From Laetmonice hystrix (Eukaryota), in NCBI GenBank assembly GCA_965235115.1, contig OZ249436.1, positions 47,246,001 to 47,310,000 on the forward strand: a stretch of DNA of 64,000 nt, given 5' to 3'. Below the pieces are notes generated by a model. That model searched no databases and was not told the origin of the DNA. It saw only the letters and a list, made by a program, of their open reading frames with translations. Each line of letters starts with the position of its first letter. The first letter of the stretch is position 1. Below are positions 1 through 10,100 of this stretch, one piece after another. A program made the position numbers and the translations under genes.

Positions 1-125
1 TTATTATTCTTAGGCCAGATGTATAATTGTCAAGCGTATAGGTCTCGTACGTTCGCTACAGATATATGGTTGTGATGTGTACACTTCCCATTTGAGTATC
101 TTCTCCTGATTTTAACATTAGATCC

Positions 126-345
126 TCCTCGCCTGTACCTTTCATTTTCACTACCTCACTGTAGTGTTTGCATGGCTACTATAGGCCAGCTGATAAGTTG
201 TAGGGATTTCTCACTCTACTGGTTGGCCTCCCACACTGCTTGGCTCCATAGTGTACTCACTGTACTCTTTGGCCTCACTGTAGTGTTCGTTTGGATGCTA
301 GGCCAGCCAGTATACCATGTAGCGATTCCTCCCCGTACTGTTTGG
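126..345. repeat. Degenerate 18-bp minisatellite (consensus ~CCTCACTGTACTGTTTGG) inside each monomer
   Basis: Copies at 154-170 cctcactgtagtgtttg, 209-226 tctcactctactggttgg, 227-243 cctcccacactgcttgg, 256-272 ctcactgtactctttgg, from 273 cctcactgtagtgttcg, and 328-345 cctccccgtactgtttgg. Confidence 0.85.
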
Positions 346-466
346 CAAGAGTAGCCAGTAGTATAGGGACGCCTCATGTTTCAGTTTCCATGCCTTTATT
401 GTCCAGGAGGCAGGCCATCCGTTTCGTCTATCATCTACTCCCATCTAATCTGTGTCCCCTACATAC

Positions 467-732
467 CATCTGTAAGCGTCCGACAACGTTGTCAGGCCGT
501 CCCAATGACTCTTTGCCGTCAAGGTTTAGTTAACAATGGCAAATGACGTTGAACGCCTATTCTATATCAGATATCCCATCCCCAAGTAACAAACAAACAA
601 AGGATGATTACCCAGAGATATTGCCGGCAGAAAACACCAGGGTGCAGCTGACGGCGCTGACTGCACTGCCGCCTTCCGGCCAGCGGTGGAATCACCACGT
701 ACACCTCGCCGGGCTGGCAGGCACCTGTGGCC
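467..732 (-). pseudogene. Possible captured gene fragment: two exon-like segments (732-612 and 508-467) with splice-like boundaries, repeated in every monomer
   Basis: Minus strand reads ctttaac ctgtctctcgcctcag|GC-rich 121 nt|gtaatc ... aaacag (aaagag in class A)|42 nt|gtatgt. One frame is open across both segments. No homology recognised. Confidence 0.3.
588..601 (+). repeat. Short (AAAC)n microsatellite in each monomer
   Basis: aacaaacaaacaaa; length looked constant in the copies inspected. Confidence 0.8.
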
Positions 733-816
733 CTGAGGCGAGAGACAGGTTAAAGCAACGATAAGCGAAACATTTCTACATTTTTGTACGTCAAATTGAA
801 TGTACGGCCCCCAAAA

Positions 817-1657
817 TTATTATTCTTAGGCCAGATGTATAATTGTCAAGCGTATAGGTCTCGTACGTTCGCTACAGATATATGGTTGTGATGTGTACAC
901 TTCCCATTTGAGTATCTTCTCCTGATTTTAACATTAGATCCTCCTCGCCTGTACCTTTCATTTTCACTTCCTCACTGTAGTGTTTGCATGGCTACTATAG
1001 GCCAGCTGGTAAGTTGTAGGGACTTCTCACTCTACTGGTTGGCCTCCCACACTGCTTGGCTCCATAGTGTACTCACTGTACTCTTTGGCCTCACTGTAGT
1101 GTTCGTTTGGGTGCTAAGCCAGCCAGTATACCATGTAGCGATTCCTCCCCGTACTGTTTGGCCTCCCTGTACCGTTTGCTTGTATACAAGAGTAGCCAGT
1201 AGTATAGGGACGCCTCATGTTTCAGTTTCCATGCCTTTATTGTCCAGGAGGCAGGCCATCCGTTTCGTCTATCATCTACTCCCATCTAATCTGTGTCCCC
1301 TACATACCATCTGTAAGCGTCCGACAACGTTGTCAGATCGTCCCAATGACTGTTTGCCGTCAAGGTTTAGTTAACAATGGCAAATGACGTTGAACACCTA
1401 TTCTATATCAGATATCCCATCCCCAAGTAACAAACAAACAAAGGATGATTACCCAGAGATATTGCCGGCAGAAAACACCAGGGTGCAGCTGACGGCGCTG
1501 ACTGCACTGCCGCCTTCCGGCCAGCGGTGGAATCACCACGTACACCTCGCCGGGCTGGCAGGCACCTGTGGCCCTGAGGCGAGAGACAGGTTAAAGCAAC
1601 GATAAGCGAAACATTTCTACATTTTTGTACGTCAAATTGAATGTACGGCCCCCAAAA
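817..1657. repeat. Representative class B monomer (841 bp; 842-843 bp with small indels)
   Basis: Contains the extra 25 bp ctccctgtaccgtttgcttgtatac at 1163-1187 and the marker ctaagcc. Confidence 0.95.
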
Positions 1658-2482
1658 TTATTATTCTTAGGCCAGATGTATAATTGTCAAGCGTATAGGT
1701 CTCGTACGTTCGCTACAGATATATGGTTGTGATGTGTACACTTCCCATTTGAGTATCTTCTCCTGATTTTAACATTAGATGCTCCTGGCCTGTACCTTTC
1801 ATTTTCACTACCTCACTGTAGTGTTTGCATGGCTACTATAGGCCAGCTGGTAAGTTGTAGGGACTTCTCACTCTACTGGTTGGCCTCCCACACTGCTTGG
1901 CCCCATAGTGTACTGTTTGGCCTCACTGTACTGTTTGGCCTCACTGTAGTGTTCGTTTGGGTGCTAGGCCAGCCAGTATACCTTGTAGCGATTCCTCCCC
2001 GTACTGTTTGGCAAGAGTAGCCAGTAGTATAGGGACGCCTCATGTTTCAGTTTCCATGCCTTTATTGTCTAGGAGGCAGGCCATCCGTTTCGTCTATCAT
2101 CTACTCCCATCTAATCTGTGTCCCCTACATACCATCTGTAAGCGTCCGACAACGTTGTCAGGCCGTCCCAATGACTGTTTGCCGTCAAGGTTTAGTTAAC
2201 AATGGCAAATGACGTTGAACGCCTATTCTATATCAGATATCCCATCCCCAAGTAACAAACAAACAAAGGATGATTACCCAGAGATATTGCCGGCAGAAAA
2301 CACCAGGGTGCAGCTGACGGCGCTGACTGCACTGCCGCCTTCCGGCCAGCGGTGGAATCACCACGTACACCTCGCCGGGCTGGCAGGCACCTGTGGCCCT
2401 GAGGCGAGAGACAGGTTAAAGCAACGATAAGCGAAACATTTCTACATTTTTGTACGTCAAATTGAATGTACGGCCCCCAAAA
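1658..2482. repeat. Representative class C monomer (825 bp)
   Basis: Lacks the 25-bp segment but has 9 extra bp (gtttggcct), giving two exact tgtactgtttggcctcac copies at 1909-1944. Confidence 0.95.
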
Positions 2483-4148
2483 TTATTATTCTTAGGCCAG
2501 ATGTATAATTGTCAAGCGTATAGGTCTCGTACGTTCGCTACAGATATATGGTTGTGATGTGTACACTTCCCATTTGAGTATCTTCTCCTGATTTTAACAT
2601 TAGATCCTCCTCGCCTGTACCTTTCATTTTCACTTCCTCACTGTAGTGTTTGCATGGCTACTATAGGCCAGCTGGTAAGTTGTAGGGACTTCTCACTCTA
2701 CTGGTTGGCCTCCCACACTGCTTGGCTCCATAGTGTACTCACTGTACTCTTTGGCCTCACTGTAGTGTTCGTTTGGGTGCTAAGCCAGCCAGTATACCAT
2801 GTAGCGATTCCTCCCCGTACTGTTTGGCCTCCCTGTACCGTTTGCTTGTATACAAGAGTAGCCAGTAGTATAGGGACGCCTCATGTTTCAGTTTCCATGC
2901 CTTTATTGTCCAGGAGGCAGGCCATCCGTTTCGTCTATCATCTACTCCCATCTAATCTGTGTCCCCTACATACCATCTGTAAGCGTCCGACAACGTTGTC
3001 AGATCGTCCCAATGACTGTTTGCCGTCAAGGTTTAGTTAACAATGGCAAATGACGTTGAACACCTATTCTATATCAGATATCCCATCCCCAAGTAACAAA
3101 CAAACAAAGGATGATTACCCAGAGATATTGCCGGCAGAAAACACCAGGGTGCAGCTGACGGCGCTGACTGCACTGCCGCCTTCCGGCCAGCGGTGGAATC
3201 ACCACGTACACCTCGCCGGGCTGGCAGGCACCTGTGGCCCTGAGGCGAGAGACAGGTTAAAGCAACGATAAGCGAAACATTTCTACATTTTTGTACGTCA
3301 AATTGAATGTACGGCCCCCAAAATTATTATTCTTAGGCCAGATGTATAATTGTCAAGCGTATAGGTCTCGTACGTTCGCTACAGATATATGGTTGTGATG
3401 TGTACACTTCCCATTTGAGTATCTTCTCCTGATTTTAACATTAGATGCTCCTGGCCTGTACCTTTCATTTTCACTACCTCACTGTAGTGTTTGCATGGCT
3501 ACTATAGGCCAGCTGGTAAGTTGTAGGGACTTCTCACTCTACTGGTTGGCCTCCCACACTGCTTGGCCCCATAGTGTACTGTTTGGCCTCACTGTACTGT
3601 TTGGCCTCACTGTAGTGTTCGTTTGGGTGCTAGGCCAGCCAGTATACCTTGTAGCGATTCCTCCCCGTACTGTTTGGCAAGAGTAGCCAGTAGTATAGGG
3701 ACGCCTCATGTTTCAGTTTCCATGCCTTTATTGTCTAGGAGGCAGGCCATCCGTTTCGTCTATCATCTACTCCCATCTAATCTGTGTCCCCTACATACCA
3801 TCTGTAAGCGTCCGACAACGTTGTCAGGCCGTCCCAATGACTGTTTGCCGTCAAGGTTTAGTTAACAATGGCAAATGACGTTGAACGCCTATTCTATATC
3901 AGATATCCCATCCCCAAGTAACAAACAAACAAAGGATGATTACCCAGAGATATTGCCGGCAGAAAACACCAGGGTGCAGCTGACGGCGCTGACTGCACTG
4001 CCGCCTTCCGGCCAGCGGTGGAATCACCACGTACACCTCGCCGGGCTGGCAGGCACCTGTGGCCCTGAGGCGAGAGACAGGTTAAAGCAACGATAAGCGA
4101 AACATTTCTACATTTGTGTACGTCAAATTGAATGTACGGCCCCCAAAA

Positions 4149-7100
4149 TTATTATTCTTAGGCCAGATGTATAATTGTCAAGCGTATAGGTCTCGTACGT
4201 TCGCTACAGATATATGGTTGTGATGTGTACACTTCCCATTTGAGTATCTTCTCCTGATTTTAACATTAGATGCTCCTCGCCTGTACCTTTCATTTTCACT
4301 ACCTCACTGTAGTGTTTGCATGGCTACTATAGGCCAGCTGGTAAGTTGTAGGGATTTCTCACTCTACTGGTTGGCCTCCCACACTGCTTGGCTCCATAGT
4401 GTACTCACTGTACTCTTTGGCCTCACTGTAGTGTTCGTTTGGGTGCTAAGCCAGCCAGTATACCATGTAGCGATTCCTCCCCGTACTGTTTGGCCTCCCT
4501 GTACCGTTTGCTTGTATACAAGAGTAGCCAGTAGTATAGGGACGCCTCATGTTTCAGTTTCCATGCCTTTATTGTCCAGGAGGCAGGCCATCCGTTTCGT
4601 CTATCATCTACTCCCATCTAATCTGTGTCCCCTACATACCATCTGTAAGCGTCCGACAACGTTGTCAGATCGTCCCAATGACTGTTTGCCGTCAAGGTTT
4701 AGTTAACAATGGCAAATGACGTTGAACGCCTATTCTATATCAGATATCCCATCCCCACGTAACAAACAAACAAAGGATGATTACCCAGAGATATTGCCGG
4801 CAGAAAACACCAGGGTGCAGCTGACGGCGCTGACTGCACTGCCGCCTTCCGGCCAGCGGTGGAATCACCACGTACACCTGGCCGGGCTGGCAGGCACCTG
4901 TGGCCCTGAAGCGAGAGACAGGTTAAAGCAATGATAAGCAAAAAATGACTACATTTTTGATACGTCAAATTGAAAGTACGGCCCCCAAAATTATTATTCT
5001 TAGGCCAGATGTATAATTGTCAAGCGTATAGGTCTCGTACGTTCGCTACAGATATATGGTTGTGATGTGTACACTTCCCATTTGAGTATCTTCTCCTGAT
5101 TTTAACATTAGATCCTCCTCGCCTGTACCTTTCATTTTCACTACCTCACTGTAGTGTTTGCATGGCTACTATAGGCCAGCTGATAAGTTGTAGGGATTTC
5201 TCACTCTACTGGTTGGCCTCCCACACTGCTTGGCTCCATAGTGTACTCACTGTACTCTTTGGCCTCACTGTAGTGTTCGTTTGGATGCTAGGCCAGCCAG
5301 TATACCATGTAGCGATTCCTCCCCGTACTGTTTGGCAAGAGTAGCCAGTAGTATAGGGACGCCTCATGTTTCAGTTTCCATGCCTTTATTGTCCAGGAGG
5401 CAGGCCATCCGTTTCGTCTATCATCTACTCCCATCTAATCTGTGTCCCCTACATACCATCTGTAAGCGTCCGACAACGTTGTCAGGCCGTCCCAATGACT
5501 CTTTGCCGTCAAGGTTTAGTTAACAATGGCAAATGACGTTGAACGCCTATTCTATATCAGATATCCCATCCCCACGTAACAAACAAACAAAGGATGATTA
5601 CCCAGAGATATTGCCGGCAGAAAACACCAGGGTGCAGCTGACGGCGCTGACTGCACTGCCGCCTTCCGGCCAGCGGTGGAATCACCACGTACACCTCGCC
5701 GGGCTGGCAGGCACCTGTGGCCCTGAGGCGAGAGACAGGTTAAAGCAACGATAAGCGAAACATTTCTACATTTTTGTACGTCAAATTGAATGTACGGCCC
5801 CCAAAATTATTATTCTTAGGCCAGATGTATAATTGTCAAGCGTATAGGTCTCGTACGTTCGCTACAGATATATGGTTGTGATGTGTACACTTCCCATTTG
5901 AGTATCTTCTCCTGATTTTAACATTAGATCCTCCTCGCCTGTACCTTTCATTTTCACTACCTCACTGTAGTGTTTGCATGGCTACTATAGGCCAGCTGAT
6001 AAGTTGTAGGGATTTCTCACTCTACTGGTTGGCCTCCCACACTGCTTGGCTCCATAGTGTACTCACTGTACTCTTTGGCCTCACTGTAGTGTTCGTTTGG
6101 ATGCTAGGCCAGCCAGTATACCATGTAGCGATTCCTCCCCGTACTGTTTGGCAAGAGTAGCCAGTAGTATAGGGACGCCTCATGTTTCAGTTTCCATGCC
6201 TTTATTGTCCAGGAGGCAGGCCATCCGTTTCGTCTATCATCTACTCCCATCTAATCTGTGTCCCCTACATACCATCTGTAAGCGTCCGACAACGTTGTCA
6301 GGCCGTCCCAATGACTCTTTGCCGTCAAGGTTTAGTTAACAATGGCAAATGACGTTGAACGCCTATTCTATATCAGATATCCCATCCCCAAGTAACAAAC
6401 AAACAAAGGATGATTACCCAGAGATATTGCCGGCAGAAAACACCAGGGTGCAGCTGACGGCGCTGACTGCACTGCCGCCTTCCGGCCAGCGGTGGAATCA
6501 CCACGTACACCTCGCCGGGCTGGCAGGCACCTGTGGCCCTGAGGCGAGAGACAGGTTAAAGCAACGATAAGCGAAACATTTCTACATTTTTGTACGTCAA
6601 ATTGAATGTACGGCCCCCAAAATTATTATTCTTAGGCCAGATGTATAATTGTCAAGCGTATAGGTCTCGTACGTTCGCTACAGATATATGGTTGTGATGT
6701 GTACACTTCCCATTTGAGTATCTTCTCCTGATTTTAACATTAGATCCTCCTCGCCTGTACCTTTCATTTTCACTTCCTCACTGTAGTGTTTGCATGGCTA
6801 CTATAGGCCAGCTGGTAAGTTGTAGGGACTTCTCACTCTACTGGTTGGCCTCCCACACTGCTTGGCTCCATAGTGTACTCACTGTACTCTTTGGCCTCAC
6901 TGTAGTGTTCGTTTGGGTGCTAAGCCAGCCAGTATACCATGTAGCGATTCCTCCCCGTACTGTTTGGCCTCCCTGTACCGTTTGCTTGTATACAAGAGTA
7001 GCCAGTAGTATAGGGACGCCTCATGTTTCAGTTTCCATGCCTTTATTGTCCAGGAGGCAGGCCATCCGTTTCGTCTATCATCTACTCCCATCTAATCTGT

Positions 7101-10100
7101 GTCCCCTACATACCATCTGTAAGCGTCCGACAACGTTGTCAGGTCGTCCCAATGACTGTTTGCCGTCAAGGTTTAGTTAACAATGGCAAATGACGTTGAA
7201 CGCCTATTCTATATCAGATATCCTATCCCCAAGTAACAAACAAACAAAGGATGATTACCCAGAGATATTGCCGGCAGAAAACACCAGGGTGCAGCTGACG
7301 GCGCTGACTGCACTGCCGCCTTCCGGCCAGCGGTGGAATCACCACGTACACCTGGCCGGGCTGGCAGGCACCTGTGGCCCTGAAGCGAGAGACAGGTTAA
7401 AGCAATGATAAGCAAAAAATGGCTACATTTTTGATACGTCAAATTGAAAGTACGGCCCCCAAAATTATTATTCTTAGGCCAGATGTATAATTGTCAAGCG
7501 TATAGGTCTCGTACGTTCGCTACAGATATATGGTTGTGATGTGTACACTTCCCATTTGAGTATCTTCTCCTGATTTTAACATTAGATGCTCCTGGCCTGT
7601 ACCTTTCATTTTCACTACCTCACTGTAGTGTTTGCATGGCTACTATAGGCCAGCTGGTAAGTTGTAGGGACTTCTCACTCTACTGGTTGGCCTCCCACAC
7701 TGCTTGGCCCCATAGTGTACTGTTTGGCCTCACTGTACTGTTTGGCCTCACTGTAGTGTTCGTTTGGGTGCTAGGCCAGCCAGTATACCTTGTAGCGATT
7801 CCTCCCCGTACTGTTTGGCAAGAGTAGCCAGTAGTATAGGGACGCCTCATGTTTCAGTTTCCATGCCTTTATTGTCTAGGAGGCAGGCCATCCGTTTCGT
7901 CTATCATCTACTCCCATCTAATCTGTGTCCCCTACATACCATCTGTAAGCGTCCGACAACGTTGTCAGGCCGTCCCAATGACTGTTTGCCGTCAAGGTTT
8001 AGTTAACAATGGCAAATGACGTTGAACGCCTATTCTATATCAGATATCCCATCCCCAAGTAACAAACAAACAAAGGATGATTACCCAGAGATATTGCCGG
8101 CAGAAAACACCAGGGTGCAGCTGACGGCGCTGACTGCACTGCCGCCTTCCGGCCAGCGGTGGAATCACCACGTACACCTCGCCGGGCTGGCAGGCACCTG
8201 TGGCCCTGAGGCGAGAGACAGGTTAAAGCAACGATAAGCGAAACATTTCTACATTTGTGTACGTCAAATTGAATGTACGGCCCCCAAAATTATTATTCTT
8301 AGGCCAGATGTATAATTGTCAAGCGTATAGGTCTCGTACGTTCGCTACAGATATATGGTTGTGATGTGTACACTTCCCATTTGAGTATCTTCTCCTGATT
8401 TTAACATTAGATGCTCCTCGCCTGTACCTTTCATTTTCACTACCTCACTGTAGTGTTTGCATGGCTACTATAGGCCAGCTGGTAAGTTGTAGGGATTTCT
8501 CACTCTACTGGTTGGCCTCCCACACTGCTTGGCTCCATAGTGTACTCACTGTACTCTTTGGCCTCACTGTAGTGTTCGTTTGGGTGCTAAGCCAGCCAGT
8601 ATACCATGTAGCGATTCCTCCCCGTACTGTTTGGCCTCCCTGTACCGTTTGCTTGTATACAAGAGTAGCCAGTAGTATAGGGACGCCTCATGTTTCAGTT
8701 TCCATGCCTTTATTGTCCAGGAGGCAGGCCATCCGTTTCGTCTATCATCTACTCCCATCTAATCTGTGTCCCCTACATACCATCTGTAAGCGTCCGACAA
8801 CGTTGTCAGATCGTCCCAATGACTGTTTGCCGTCAAGGTTTAGTTAACAATGGCAAATGACGTTGAACGCCTATTCTATATCAGATATCCCATCCCCACG
8901 TAACAAACAAACAAAGGATGATTACCCAGAGATATTGCCGGCAGAAAACACCAGGGTGCAGCTGACGGCGCTGACTGCACTGCCGCCTTCCGGCCAGCGG
9001 TGGAATCACCACGTACACCTGGCCGGGCTGGCAGGCACCTGTGGCCCTGAAGCGAGAGACAGGTTAAAGCAATGATAAGCAAAAAATGACTACATTTTTG
9101 ATACGTCAAATTGAAAGTACGGCCCCCAAAATTATTATTCTTAGGCCAGATGTATAATTGTCAAGCGTATAGGTCTCGTACGTTCGCTACAGATATATGG
9201 TTGTGATGTGTACACTTCCCATTTGAGTATCTTCTCCTGATTTTAACATTAGATCCTCCTCGCCTGTACCTTTCATTTTCACTACCTCACTGTAGTGTTT
9301 GCATGGCTACTATAGGCCAGCTGATAAGTTGTAGGGATTTCTCACTCTACTGGTTGGCCTCCCACACTGCTTGGCTCCATAGTGTACTCACTGTACTCTT
9401 TGGCCTCACTGTAGTGTTCGTTTGGATGCTAGGCCAGCCAGTATACCATGTAGCGATTCCTCCCCGTACTGTTTGGCAAGAGTAGCCAGTAGTATAGGGA
9501 CGCCTCATGTTTCAGTTTCCATGCCTTTATTGTCCAGGAGGCAGGCCATCCGTTTCGTCTATCATCTACTCCCATCTAATCTGTGTCCCCTACATACCAT
9601 CTGTAAGCGTCCGACAACGTTGTCAGGCCGTCCCAATGACTCTTTGCCGTCAAGGTTTAGTTAACAATGGCAAATGACGTTGAACGCCTATTCTATATCA
9701 GATATCCCATCCCCACGTAACAAACAAACAAAGGATGATTACCCAGAGATATTGCCGGCAGAAAACACCAGGGTGCAGCTGACGGCGCTGACTGCACTGC
9801 CGCCTTCCGGCCAGCGGTGGAATCACCACGTACACCTCGCCGGGCTGGCAGGCACCTGTGGCCCTGAGGCGAGAGACAGGTTAAAGCAACGATAAGCGAA
9901 ACATTTCTACATTTTTGTACGTCAAATTGAATGTACGGCCCCCAAAATTATTATTCTTAGGCCAGATGTATAATTGTCAAGCGTATAGGTCTCGTACGTT
10001 CGCTACAGATATATGGTTGTGATGTGTACACTTCCCATTTGAGTATCTTCTCCTGATTTTAACATTAGATCCTCCTCGCCTGTACCTTTCATTTTCACTA

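Larger units (their letters stand above)
1..816. repeat. Representative class A monomer (816 bp)
   Basis: Lacks the 25-bp segment (tttggc|aagag) and carries linked markers ctgataag, ttggatgc and gactcttt. The next unit starts at 817. Confidence 0.95.
817..4148. repeat. 2-monomer HOR (B+C, 1666 bp) x2
   Basis: Units at 817/1658 match units at 2483/3324 at marker sites (gaacacc, gctcctggcc, gtctagg). Offset is 1666. Confidence 0.9.

Noticed and set aside
5..33. Bacterial promoter-like TATAAT (+, 22-27) and TTGACA (-, 33-28)
   Set aside because: The two hexamers are adjacent and on opposite strands, and neither has a good partner at 16-18 bp spacing.
285..301. CENP-B box-like gttcgtttggatg
   Set aside because: Lacks the required A and CGGG of NTTCGNNNNANNCGGGN.
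522..540. ggtttagttaacaatgg resembling the start of nematode SL1 (GGTTTAATTACCCAAG)
   Set aside because: Similarity ends after a few bases, with no AG/GT donor at position 22 and no downstream Sm site on this strand.
692..703. Minus-strand TGT ACG TGG TGA as a CxxU selenoprotein motif
   Set aside because: The context does not resemble SelW/SelT/SelH families, the Cys codon is lost in several copies, and no SECIS was identified.
172..764. Repeated plus-strand ORFs (MATIGQL.., MDARPAS.., MTLNAYS..)
   Set aside because: No recognisable domain. The 25-bp indel fuses or splits them out of frame, +1/+2 indels truncate others, and the LFGLTV repeat merely mirrors the 18-bp minisatellite.
733..771. 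Hammerhead ribozyme core (ctgaggc...gaaac)
   Set aside because: No CTGANGA on either strand that I could find, and flanking stems I-III do not form around the GAAA.
1..816. Monomer length as about five nucleosome repeats (163-168 bp each)
   Set aside because: Numerical coincidence only; no internal ~165-bp periodicity is visible and it cannot be tested without chromatin data.
1091..1285. Minus-strand 64-aa ORF and the 77-aa ORF (e.g. 4735-4968)
   Set aside because: Present only in some monomer variants, created or destroyed by indels and stop SNPs, and they use non-ATG starts.
7416..7426. 11-nt match (GTAGCCATTTT, minus strand) to the dinoflagellate spliced leader
   Set aside because: Occurs only in a minor haplotype, flanks do not match, and no splice donor follows.
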